DNA of 32,000 bases from an uncultured Candidatus Saccharibacteria bacterium (GCA_964543385.1 CAZIYE010000001.1:300001-332000), one strand, 5' to 3'; counted from the first letter of the stretch, positions 7,906-16,859 are shown. The notes: generated from the letters alone by a model not told the origin. Program-made: numbers and translations.

Positions 7906-8696
7906 ATAACTTCGATTACAAGGAATATGAAATTCTAACAAAAGAAGAAGCTGCTCCCTCTATATTTACCTTCAAAATATCCGGAAAACTCCAATTTAAG
8001 CCGGGTCAATTTGTCCAAGCAGCAATTCCTCACATCGGCGAATCTACTTTCGCCCCCTGCTCTAATCCATCTCAAAAAGATTCTTTTGAGCTTTGCATTA
8101 GAGGGTGTGGCTCGACGACAAGCGCGATGGCAAAGCTCTTGCCAGGAGACAATCTTCGGGTCAGAGGGCCTTACGGCAATGGTTGGCCGACAGAAAAGTT
8201 GAAGGGCAAAGACATAATCATGGTAGCTGGCGGTATGGGCATAATCCCCCTCCGACCCCTTATTAAGGAAATAATTGCTCATCGTGGCAGCTATGGCAAG
8301 ATTCACCTGATCGGCGGTTTCCGAACTGTAGACCACATTCTATTTAAAGATGAAATAAAAAAATGGAAAAAATATATTTCTATCAATCTCTATATTGAGA
8401 ACATTGCAAACGACCCAGCATACAAAAAAGGCTTAATTACCGAGCCTCTACAACATGAAAAGTTTAATATTAACTCGTCGATTGTCTTGATTTGCGGACC
8501 GGAAATTATGGTACCATTTTGCATAAACACTTTGCTTGATCGAGGTTTTAAAGAAAACCAAATATATATCTCGTATGAACGACGTATGGAATGTGGGATT
8601 GGCGTTTGCCAACACTGTAATATCGGCCAGTATCTGACCTGCAAGGATGGACCCGTCTTTCGATATGATCAAATTAAAACAGAACTTTCCAAATGA
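7902..8696 (+). CDS. hydG: Sulfhydrogenase gamma subunit-like FAD/NAD(P)-binding oxidoreductase
   Basis: FNR-like fold motifs (GQFVQAAIP, RGPYGNGWP, VAGGMGIIPLRPLI, CGPEIM) and C-terminal ferredoxin-type ECGIGVCQHCNIG...C; ATGA overlap with upstream gene. Confidence 0.9.
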   Translation: MNNFDYKEYEILTKEEAAPSIFTFKISGKLQFKPGQFVQAAIPHIGESTFAPCSNPSQKDSFELCIRGCGSTTSAMAKLLPGDNLRVRGPYGNGWPTEKLKGKDIIMVAGGMGIIPLRPLIKEIIAHRGSYGKIHLIGGFRTVDHILFKDEIKKWKKYISINLYIENIANDPAYKKGLITEPLQHEKFNINSSIVLICGPEIMVPFCINTLLDRGFKENQIYISYERRMECGIGVCQHCNIGQYLTCKDGPVFRYDQIKTELSK

Positions 8697-9400
8697 GAAA
8701 AGCACTAACATTTTATTCACTTGTCTGCTGCAATGGTTGTAAACAAGAAGCCTTAAATCATTTTGATGATTTTCAAAAAATTCTCAATTTTTATGAAGTT
8801 ACCGAGTTTAATAGCGAAGATGGCGAGATGATTAAGCCATCAGAAGTAGCAATCATCGAAGGAAATCCTGGGGACAAAGATCAAGAAAATTTGCTACGTA
8901 GAATCAGAAAACACTCCAAAATAGTTATTGCTATTGGCGCTTGTGCAAATACGGGAGGATTTCAATCAATCAGAAACAATTTGCCTAAGAAATTAATAAA
9001 TCACGAACCAGTAAAAATTATAGGAGACGTTATAAAGGTTGATTATCAAATACCTGGCTGTCCTATAAATTTCCATGAGCTTTATAGCTGTCTTATTGAC
9101 ATCTATTGGGGGAAAACATTTGTTTTACCACAGCTTCCAGTCTGTTTTGAATGTCGAAAAAATGAAAATGAATGTTTGATAAAGAACAAAAAGGCTTGTC
9201 TCGGGCCCATTACTAGAGCAGGATGCAATAGCGTATGTATAAACAGCGGCGGGTCTTGCCTTGGTTGCCGTGGCACCATCACACAACCCAATATCCCCAA
9301 AATAAGAGAAATCCTGGAGCCAATGATTGGTCAGGAGCAGCTTGAAAAAATTTTGATAATCTATGGCGACAATGGTAAACAAAACTTAAAAATAAAATAA
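8693..9400 (+). CDS. hydD: Group 3b [NiFe] hydrogenase small (delta) subunit-like protein
   Basis: VCCNGCKQEAL, GACANTGG, PGCPINFHE, CFECRKNENECL, CLGPITRAGCNSVC and CLGCRG Fe-S ligand motifs; ATGA overlap with the gamma gene. Confidence 0.9.
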   Translation: MRKALTFYSLVCCNGCKQEALNHFDDFQKILNFYEVTEFNSEDGEMIKPSEVAIIEGNPGDKDQENLLRRIRKHSKIVIAIGACANTGGFQSIRNNLPKKLINHEPVKIIGDVIKVDYQIPGCPINFHELYSCLIDIYWGKTFVLPQLPVCFECRKNENECLIKNKKACLGPITRAGCNSVCINSGGSCLGCRGTITQPNIPKIREILEPMIGQEQLEKILIIYGDNGKQNLKIK

Positions 9401-10584
9401 TGACAGAATCTACTCCAAAATTTATATCTAACGATTATCAAAGATTTTTTGAGAAAATTGTTTTCAACCAAAGATATTCGGAAGTACCAATAATTACCTC
9501 TCGTATTTGTGGAGCTAACTCAGTCGCAAACAACATTACATCGACAAGAGCTATCGAAATTGCATGCGGCATAAACCCAAGCTCTCAGACAGAAAAACTT
9601 CGAGACATGCTGCTGTATGCACAAATAATACAAAGCCATACCCTGTATCTCTATCTCGAAATTTTGCCCTATTTTACCGGCGTTAATTCGCTCTCAGAAT
9701 TGCAAAAAGATCATCAGGAAATATTTAAAAATGCGGTCTGTCTAAAAAATTTTGCCGATAATATAATCAAATCGATCGGCGGAAGATCAATTCACCCCAT
9801 ATCTAATGTACCTGGAGGATTTACAGCCTACCCAACCGTAAAAAGATTAAAAAGTGTTATTGACGAAAGCGCTAATGCAATCCATAGTGCCAAAAATACG
9901 CTGTCTATTTTCGCTAGCTTCGATTATCCAATATTAGAATTAAAAAATGTTATGGGGGCAATTCACCGACCAGGAGAATATATAGTTTCCGGAAATGGCA
10001 TATGGACAAGTGAAGATAAGCACTTTGTGGTCGAAAAGTACAAAGAGCATTTATTGGAAGAACTACAGCCTCATAGTACTGTTAAGTATGGCAGAATAGA
10101 TGGCAAAGAAATAATGGCAGGCCCACTCGCAAGACTAGCTTTGAATAAGTTAGATGATAAAGATGTGGCTGATTTTGTTAAAAGCCTGAATCTTAACCCA
10201 GATTATAATAATCCATTTAACAATATAATAGCTTCTGCAATTGAACTTTATTATTTTACAAAAAAAGCCATAAAGTCTACCAATAATCTGTTAGATAAAG
10301 GCATCTCCATCGAACCTCTAAAGCTGCCAAAAAAATTTAGTATCGGCACGGCTTGTTGCGAATCACCCGATGGAACATTGATTCATTCATATAAATTAAA
10401 CGACGAAGGCAACATTATAAACTGTGATATTGTGACTCCATCAGTATTTAATCTGCCATTATGTGAATCAAACTTAAAGTTATTGAATGATGTCATTAAA
10501 AATTATGATCCAGTTGAAAAAGATAAAATTACAAAGTTGTTATTTAGATCATACCGCCTCTGCAAAAACTGTGGATCGCATTAA
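9400..10584 (+). CDS. hydA: [NiFe]-hydrogenase large (alpha) subunit homologue with a degenerate active-site signature
   Basis: SRICGANSVANNITSTRAIE, GGRSIHPISNVPGGF, ESPDGTLIHSYKLNDEGNI and LCKNCGSH align by eye to the L1, GRxxHP, EAPRG and L2 regions; TAATG overlap with the delta gene. Confidence 0.85.
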   Translation: MTESTPKFISNDYQRFFEKIVFNQRYSEVPIITSRICGANSVANNITSTRAIEIACGINPSSQTEKLRDMLLYAQIIQSHTLYLYLEILPYFTGVNSLSELQKDHQEIFKNAVCLKNFADNIIKSIGGRSIHPISNVPGGFTAYPTVKRLKSVIDESANAIHSAKNTLSIFASFDYPILELKNVMGAIHRPGEYIVSGNGIWTSEDKHFVVEKYKEHLLEELQPHSTVKYGRIDGKEIMAGPLARLALNKLDDKDVADFVKSLNLNPDYNNPFNNIIASAIELYYFTKKAIKSTNNLLDKGISIEPLKLPKKFSIGTACCESPDGTLIHSYKLNDEGNIINCDIVTPSVFNLPLCESNLKLLNDVIKNYDPVEKDKITKLLFRSYRLCKNCGSH

Positions 10585-10589
10585 TAATT

Positions 10590-11144
10590 ATGATAAAAAT
10601 CTTTCAAACACCAACAGCATTAGACTTCAGGATTCTCGAAGCTATAAACGGCTTTCATAACCCATTTTTCGACCAGATAATGGTATTTGCAAGCAATATT
10701 GGCGAGTACGCAATAATTTGGCTTGTTATTGGCTTATGTTTTTCAATATTTGACAAAAAGCATGGCAGGCATATGTTTGCTATATTGATCATGGCTTTAA
10801 TCATCGAAGTTATCATCAATGACGGTCTGTTAAAAAACATATTTTATCGTGAACGCCCATTTTTATTATTTCCAGCTCTTCACCATTTGGGTCCAGATGC
10901 TATCAATAGTGCCTTCGTCTCTGGTCATACAGCTTCGAGCACTGCAATCTTCTTAGTTTTAATAAAGTTTTATAAAAAAGCGACCTCTCCCCTGTTGGCG
11001 CTTGTTATATTAATGATTTGGACAAGATTCTATCTGGGCATGCACTATCCAAGTGATATCATCGGTGGAATAGCAACCGGTATAGTATCGTCGTGGCTCG
11101 CTTTTCTAATTGGTAAAAAAGTACTAAGATACAATCATAATTGA
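10590..11144 (+). CDS. PAP2-family membrane phosphatase (undecaprenyl-diphosphatase/lipid phosphatase type)
   Basis: KNIFYRERP, SGHTASS and GMHYPSDIIGG motifs with several transmembrane segments. Confidence 0.88.
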   Translation: MIKIFQTPTALDFRILEAINGFHNPFFDQIMVFASNIGEYAIIWLVIGLCFSIFDKKHGRHMFAILIMALIIEVIINDGLLKNIFYRERPFLLFPALHHLGPDAINSAFVSGHTASSTAIFLVLIKFYKKATSPLLALVILMIWTRFYLGMHYPSDIIGGIATGIVSSWLAFLIGKKVLRYNHN

Positions 11145-11186
11145 AATATATAAGAACTTATTATTCTTAATCAAAAGGATTATCTA

Positions 11187-11690
11187 ATGGTTTCAGAAGC
11201 GCCAAGACCACAATTAGCAGAACAAGAAACCGATCTAACATTGCCACAGTTGTCCCAAATCACCAAAGTAGACGATCCCACTCTTGTAATTGAACCATCT
11301 ATTAAAGAAGATATCGAAGATGTGATAAAAACCGGCGACAGTGACCAATTGCCTCCCGCAGAGACTGTTAGAGCAGCTAGAGAAAGCCGACCCTACCACC
11401 CAAGAATCAAGGAAACAAGGGATGAGAAAATGATGAGACTTACAAAAGAAATATCATACCTGCAAGACCAACTAATGGCTATAAAGACTGTTTCTATGAA
11501 AACCGGTATGTCAGAAATTTACGAGGAAGCTATACTCAAGTTAGAAGAGTCATTATCATTCAAGCAATTGGAGCAAGCAGTAAACCTGAAGAATCATGAC
11601 TATGCCAAAATTGAAGAACTAAAGTCAAAAATAGCAGTAGTAAAAAAAATGTTGACAGAACATAAGATGAAACAAAAGAGAGCGATTTAG
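11187..11690 (+). CDS. Hypothetical protein, C-terminal coiled coil/UVR-like segment
   Basis: 167-aa ORF; acidic N-terminal region and charged helical C-terminus (KQLEQAVNLKNHDYAKIEELKSKI). Confidence 0.6.
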   Translation: MVSEAPRPQLAEQETDLTLPQLSQITKVDDPTLVIEPSIKEDIEDVIKTGDSDQLPPAETVRAARESRPYHPRIKETRDEKMMRLTKEISYLQDQLMAIKTVSMKTGMSEIYEEAILKLEESLSFKQLEQAVNLKNHDYAKIEELKSKIAVVKKMLTEHKMKQKRAI

Positions 11691-11700
11691 GCTAATATAT

Positions 11701-12696
11701 CTAGGCGCTTTTTGAAATGTGATTTGCTAAGTCGACTAAACGTTCGCTATATCCCCACTCGTTATCATACCAAGCAATTACTTTTACCAAATCGCCATCG
11801 ACAACCTGAGTCAATGATAGATCAACTGTCGTCGAGTTTTTCATGCCTATCAAATCAGACGAAACAATTTCTTCATTAGTAGTTGCTAAGATTCCTTTCA
11901 TTTCTCCATCTTCAGCTTTTTCAAAAGCCTTGTTGATTTCCTCGATATCTGTCTTTTTCTTTAGAACCACAGTAATATCTGAGAGCGATACAACTGGCGT
12001 CGGTACCCTTACAGCCAAACCATCAAATTTTCCTTTTAGTGTTGGGATAGTTTTAAAAGCAGCTTTTGCAGCGCCAGTTGATGTGGGCACTATATTAACT
12101 CCTGCAGCCCTTGCTCTGCGCAAATCTTTGTGAGGACCATCAATAAGATTTTGATCAGCAGTATAAGAATGGATTGTTGTCATCAGCGATTTTTCAATTC
12201 CAAAATTGTCTTCCAGAACTTTCATAACTGGAGTAATGCAATTAGTAGTGCAAGAAGCGTTTGAAACAATAATTTCTCCTTTGTACTGATCAGCATTCAC
12301 TCCCATAACATACATCGCTGTTTCATCGTCTTTAGCCGGCGCGGACATCACAACTTTTTTTGCCCCAGCGTTGATATGCACCTGACAATCTACCTGAGTA
12401 AGGAAATGACCGGTGCACTCTAGTACTATATCAATCTCCAGCTCTTTCCAGGGAAGGTTTGAGGGATCTTTTTCTGCATAAGAATGAACTATTTTTTTAT
12501 CAATAATCAAATCTCCATCATCAAACCCAACTTCATGGTCCCAAATACGATAACAACTATCATATTTAAGCAAATGAGCTAGAGTTTTGACATCTGTTAG
12601 ATCATTTATAGCGACAAGTTCCATACCTTCGCGCTCTGTAATAATTTTTGCTGCTGCCCGACCAATTCTGCCAAAACCATTTATTGCAACTTTCAT
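11701..12696 (-). CDS. gap: Glyceraldehyde-3-phosphate dehydrogenase
   Basis: KVAINGFGRIGRAA, SNASCTTNCITP and WYDNEWGYSERLVDL motifs. Confidence 0.98.
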   Translation of the reverse strand: MKVAINGFGRIGRAAAKIITEREGMELVAINDLTDVKTLAHLLKYDSCYRIWDHEVGFDDGDLIIDKKIVHSYAEKDPSNLPWKELEIDIVLECTGHFLTQVDCQVHINAGAKKVVMSAPAKDDETAMYVMGVNADQYKGEIIVSNASCTTNCITPVMKVLEDNFGIEKSLMTTIHSYTADQNLIDGPHKDLRRARAAGVNIVPTSTGAAKAAFKTIPTLKGKFDGLAVRVPTPVVSLSDITVVLKKKTDIEEINKAFEKAEDGEMKGILATTNEEIVSSDLIGMKNSTTVDLSLTQVVDGDLVKVIAWYDNEWGYSERLVDLANHISKSA

Positions 12697-12721
12697 AAAA
12701 ACTCCGTTATTTGTATAACTT

Positions 12722-13477
12722 TTATTTTTTCAAAATATCTTTTGATTCGCTAAATATTTTACAAATTTTAACAAATTCACCTGCTCGTACACTAGCGCCT
12801 CCGACAAGCACACCATCAATCTCAGGTCTTTCAGCATAACCTTTAGCATTTTTAGAATTTACACTACCGCCATACAAAATTGGAGTTTCAGTATGAACAA
12901 TCTCTCGCAATTTATTGGCAACTTTTGCGACGTATTCAGGACTTGCATTATCACCAACAGTTCCGTTGCTGATCGCCCATATAGGTTCATATGCAACGAC
13001 AATATCCTTATAATATTTTTTAGGGACATGGCTTAATGCTTCGTGAAGCTCTCGGATAGGTTGGACAAGAGTTCCACTTTTCTTGCGCTCACCAACACAA
13101 ATGATTGGCCTTAGTCCTGCCTTCAGACAAGCCAAGACTTTTTCATTAACATCAAAGTTAGTTTCTCCGAAATGTTCTCTTCTCTCGGAATGTCCGACTA
13201 TTGTATACTCTGCAACCTCTTTCATCATAATAGGAGAAATTTCACCAGTATAAGCACCATCAGGCTCATAAAAAACATTTTGGCCGCCCAGAGAGAGCTT
13301 CGTACTTTTACCTATAATTTGAGCTACCTCAGTTAGCCAAATAGATGGAGGGCAAGCAATAATCTTAACTTTATCTATCGAGGCAACGTTATTACGCACA
13401 GTAGTGGCCAGAACATTAGCATCTGCGATGCTAGAAATATACATTTTCCAATTGGCAACAATCAATGACTGATTCAT
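12722..13477 (-). CDS. tpiA: Triosephosphate isomerase
   Basis: VANWKMY, VGHSERR, VAYEPIWAI, ILYGGSVN and GVLVGGASV motifs. Confidence 0.97.
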   Translation of the reverse strand: MNQSLIVANWKMYISSIADANVLATTVRNNVASIDKVKIIACPPSIWLTEVAQIIGKSTKLSLGGQNVFYEPDGAYTGEISPIMMKEVAEYTIVGHSERREHFGETNFDVNEKVLACLKAGLRPIICVGERKKSGTLVQPIRELHEALSHVPKKYYKDIVVAYEPIWAISNGTVGDNASPEYVAKVANKLREIVHTETPILYGGSVNSKNAKGYAERPEIDGVLVGGASVRAGEFVKICKIFSESKDILKK

Positions 13478-13499
13478 TAACCCCTCCGTTTTCTACCTA

Positions 13500-14522
13500 C
13501 TATTTTCTACACTTATTATACAAATCTATTACTGCTTTTGCTAGCTTGTCTGAATCGTGAAAAAGCGGATTCTTCTCACTTATGACATTGTCTCTAGCTA
13601 TTTTAACGCCCAGAGCCTCTTCGCTTAATGTAGTAATATTATTTATCTCTCCAAGTTTGGTCTCATCCTTGGAACTTCTCAAGATCTTGTTATTGACTAG
13701 ACAATAATCAAAGATTCGTTTTTTAGAATGGCTAATTAGCTTGAAGATATGGTCCTCGATAGTATAACCAGCAGTTTGCGTTCTTTCTGTCGAGCAATTA
13801 GCTATATAAACTCGGGTAGCCTTTTTATTACTATAAACTGCATCCCTAACTCCGGAGATAAGTAAATTTGGGATAATACTACCATAAAGGCTGCCAGGAC
13901 CGAGCAAAATCAAGTCGGCTTCCTCGATTGCCTTCACAGCCTTATCATATGCCCTGACCTTTTTTTTATTTAGAGTAATCTTGTCGATCTTTTTTACTAT
14001 TTCATCTAGATGAGATTCGCCTTCAGCTACAGATCCATCGGCATAATAGATGACTATGCCGGCGTTACCAAGCGTGGCAGGCAAAACTCGACCAGCCGTC
14101 TTAAAAATCTCTGTTGTCGCTTCTAATGCCTTTTCAAACGAATTAAAATACTTTGAAAGTGCCGTAATCCAAATATTGCCAAGAGTGTGGCCGCCGAATG
14201 ATTTCTTGGTTTTAGAGAAACGATACTCCAAAATATTGGAAATTAAATCCTCATCATAAGCCAATGCAGAAATGCATTTTCGGATATCGCCAGGAGGAAG
14301 AATATCAAACTCTTTTCGCAAGACGCCGGATGAAGAGCCATCATCAGTAACAGCAACTATCGCAGTTATCTTGTCTGAATATTTTTTTAAGCCCCGCAGC
14401 ATATTCGCCAAGCCAGTGCCACCACCAATTACAGCAATCTTAATTACACCACCAGCATTGAAACGAGGGTCGCTTGGTTCATAGCGAAGCCACTTCCACC
14501 AACTTTTGATTAAGTCTTTCAT
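13500..14522 (-). CDS. YvcK/CofD-like protein (putative gluconeogenesis factor family)
   Basis: VIGGGTGLANMLRGLK, VAVTDDGSSSGVLR, PPGDIRKC, GHTLGN and LGPGSLYGSIIPNLL motifs. Confidence 0.92.
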   Translation of the reverse strand: MKDLIKSWWKWLRYEPSDPRFNAGGVIKIAVIGGGTGLANMLRGLKKYSDKITAIVAVTDDGSSSGVLRKEFDILPPGDIRKCISALAYDEDLISNILEYRFSKTKKSFGGHTLGNIWITALSKYFNSFEKALEATTEIFKTAGRVLPATLGNAGIVIYYADGSVAEGESHLDEIVKKIDKITLNKKKVRAYDKAVKAIEEADLILLGPGSLYGSIIPNLLISGVRDAVYSNKKATRVYIANCSTERTQTAGYTIEDHIFKLISHSKKRIFDYCLVNNKILRSSKDETKLGEINNITTLSEEALGVKIARDNVISEKNPLFHDSDKLAKAVIDLYNKCRK

Positions 14523-14576
14523 TAATCTAATCTATCACTGATAAGGCCGGGAGTAAACGGCAATTTAGCAATATAT

Positions 14577-15818
14577 CTATTTAAAAAGTTCTTTACCATG
14601 AAGCGTTCTATAATATTTTATGGCAAATCGATGCGATTCGTCTCGAGCAGAAATCGCAATGTTCTCTAGTGACCTATTAGCCATGAAATATTTAGCAATA
14701 TCGGAATTAGAATAATGGAAATCATTTTTATCTCTCTTTACTCCTTTTGAAATAGAAATCGCCGGAATTTTTAGATGTAATTCCTTTAAAACCTCATTAG
14801 CAACTCTCAATTGCATCTCCCCACCGTCAATAATTATCAAATCAGGTTTGGGCCAATCATTTTTGAATCTTCTGGTTAATACTTCTCTCAACCTCTCCAA
14901 ATCGCTTGAAACCTCTTCCTTGATTCGAAACTTCCGATACTCAGCTTTATCAGGCGCTCCCTCGACAAAAACGACCATGGACCCAACCGCGAAACTACTC
15001 ATAATATTGGAAATATCAAAACATTCAATCCGTTTAAAAAGTAGCCTATTTATATCAAATGGTTCATCTTTCAAACCAATTGCTACATTTTTTAAATGGT
15101 TGAGGGCTAAAACTTTATTTCGCAGATTAGCCGCATTTTCGTATTCTTTTTTCTTACTGGCAACTCTCATATCTTTTTCCAGAGAGCCAACAATCGACTT
15201 CTTATTACCCCTCAGGAATTTTTTCAAATACAAGATGTTCTTATTATATTGCTCTGCTTCTAGCGGACTGCAACAAGGACCGCTGCATACATTTATATCT
15301 GCATACATGCATGGTCTAACTTTGCGCTTATATGTTTTGTATTTCGTAACAGAGCAATCTCGAAATGGAAAGATCTTCCTTAAATATCTCAATGACTTTC
15401 TTAATAAATCTCCCGAGGGGTATGGTCCAAAATATTGAGCTTTTTTATCTTTTAAATTAATATTCTTAAACCTTTCAAGCGTCAGGCAAGGAAATTCTTC
15501 TTTGGTTATTTTTATAACTAAAAATGATTTATCGTCCTTAAGTTTAATGTTGAACTTCGGTTTTAATTTATTAATTAATTCTGCCTCCAAGATAACTGCC
15601 TCGATCTCTGAGTCAGTTTCGATAAATCTAACATCGTGCGCAATCTTCACCATTTCCTCTATCCACGGACCTCTGTTCAACTCCTTCTGATAATATTGTT
15701 TGATCCTCTTGTTTAGATTCTTAGCTTTTCCGATATACAAAATAACATCATCAATACTGATGAAACGGTAGACTCCAGGAGAGCTCGGAATATTTTTAAT
15801 AATTTCTTTGAAATTCAT
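14577..15818 (-). CDS. uvrC: UvrABC system protein C, short form
   Basis: GIY-YIG domain (PSSPGVYRFI...ILYIGKAKNLNKRIKQY), CYMHADI-like CMYADINVCSGPC, IECFDISNI, IDGGEMQL and RDESHRFAI. Confidence 0.92.
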   Translation of the reverse strand: MNFKEIIKNIPSSPGVYRFISIDDVILYIGKAKNLNKRIKQYYQKELNRGPWIEEMVKIAHDVRFIETDSEIEAVILEAELINKLKPKFNIKLKDDKSFLVIKITKEEFPCLTLERFKNINLKDKKAQYFGPYPSGDLLRKSLRYLRKIFPFRDCSVTKYKTYKRKVRPCMYADINVCSGPCCSPLEAEQYNKNILYLKKFLRGNKKSIVGSLEKDMRVASKKKEYENAANLRNKVLALNHLKNVAIGLKDEPFDINRLLFKRIECFDISNIMSSFAVGSMVVFVEGAPDKAEYRKFRIKEEVSSDLERLREVLTRRFKNDWPKPDLIIIDGGEMQLRVANEVLKELHLKIPAISISKGVKRDKNDFHYSNSDIAKYFMANRSLENIAISARDESHRFAIKYYRTLHGKELFK

Positions 15819-15836
15819 GGTTTTATTATATCATGG

Positions 15837-15859
15837 GGCGGGGGCGTCATGCCCCCGCC
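15837..15859 (-). terminator. Strong GC hairpin overlapping the stop codon of ORF 15847..16767
   Basis: GGCGGGGGC/GCCCCCGCC perfect 9-bp stem with loop gtcat. The TGA stop of the ORF is in the loop; no clean U-tract. Confidence 0.5.
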
Positions 15860-16767
15860 GCCGGATTTTCCTCCCCTTTTTTCTTCGATCGACGGATCTT
15901 GGATAAACGTTTCCGCCGGTCGAATTGGATCGGTCCAAGTGTATGCTGGAAATATCCTGGCATGACGCCCACCGAAACTCCAAACATTACACGTAGAGTA
16001 TAATAGTTGGTGATCATCCCATCACCACTTTCGACTTTGTCCATATCCTTCCGAACAAAGTCTAGCATCTCTTCCAGTACTTTACTCGGGTACTTTTGCC
16101 AGCCCCTAGCTACAAGCTGATACTTCCTCTCAACCACACTCGGTGTTCGAGGGATAGTGCCTGTTTTTTTGGGCTTCAAGGTAGGACTCATCCTTGAAAT
16201 TGGCATTTTTTTGGAGCGATGAACTAAAACTTTCCATTTTTCCAATTCATCGCTCGACAAGCGGTCGTGGATTAGCAGTCGCACTGCCTCACCATTCATC
16301 TGGAACTGCGCACCCAGGTCGCCGCAGGAGAGGATTGGACGATTGACTTTTATCCTTTTACGGATATAAGAAATTACCGACCAACATTTTTCCTTTTCGT
16401 ACTTGTGATAGTCCGATGTCAGCCTCTCAATACGTGATTGCATAATGCGATTTATGCATAATCCACGATCATATGCGTCTCTAATGTCTGCATCGAGACG
16501 TAAAAACGCCTCCTTAACTGTCCAGATAGTAGTCCGGTGAATTCGAGCAAGATGCTCCTTCTCGACATAACGCCTGTAATTCACCTTAACAGTCGGATTG
16601 AGCCTCTTTTGGGCTCTCTCGCTTTGAGTTAATTGAACCCGTCTAGTCACCTCTTCGATAACTTGCACAAGTTTGTCTTCTACCAATCCACTTCGCACCA
16701 TGAAAGCATGGGCTTGCTTCGGATGAAGATCCTTGCTACGACGATGATCGCGATTTTTTCCAGCCAC
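15847..16767 (-). CDS. Hypothetical basic protein with three HTH-like segments (putative DNA-binding)
   Basis: 306-aa ORF; helix-turn-helix-like LARIHRTTIWTVKEAF, LGAQFQMNGEAVRLLI and LRVMFGVSVGVMPGYF; basic N- and C-termini. Confidence 0.65.
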   Translation of the reverse strand: MAGKNRDHRRSKDLHPKQAHAFMVRSGLVEDKLVQVIEEVTRRVQLTQSERAQKRLNPTVKVNYRRYVEKEHLARIHRTTIWTVKEAFLRLDADIRDAYDRGLCINRIMQSRIERLTSDYHKYEKEKCWSVISYIRKRIKVNRPILSCGDLGAQFQMNGEAVRLLIHDRLSSDELEKWKVLVHRSKKMPISRMSPTLKPKKTGTIPRTPSVVERKYQLVARGWQKYPSKVLEEMLDFVRKDMDKVESGDGMITNYYTLRVMFGVSVGVMPGYFQHTLGPIQFDRRKRLSKIRRSKKKGEENPAAGA

Positions 16768-16801
16768 GCTTCCCCCTATATCGCGTAGATACGCCTACCA
16801 T

Positions 16802-16859
16802 GATTGGTAAGCCCTACAATATATAACAAACTGTATTCGAGGTCAATCGGTTACCAATC
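16802..16859 (-). promoter_or_regulatory. Putative promoter of ORF 15847..16767 flanked by inverted repeat GATTGGTAA/TTACCAATC
   Basis: Minus strand: TTGACC (16846-16841), 17-nt spacer, TATATT (16823-16818). Perfect 9-bp repeat arms at 16802-16810 and 16851-16859. Confidence 0.5.

Noticed and set aside
14848-15438. 196-aa plus-strand ORF antisense to uvrC
   Set aside because: Lies wholly within a well-supported uvrC frame; the translation has no recognisable motifs. Likely a mirror artefact of AT-rich codon usage.
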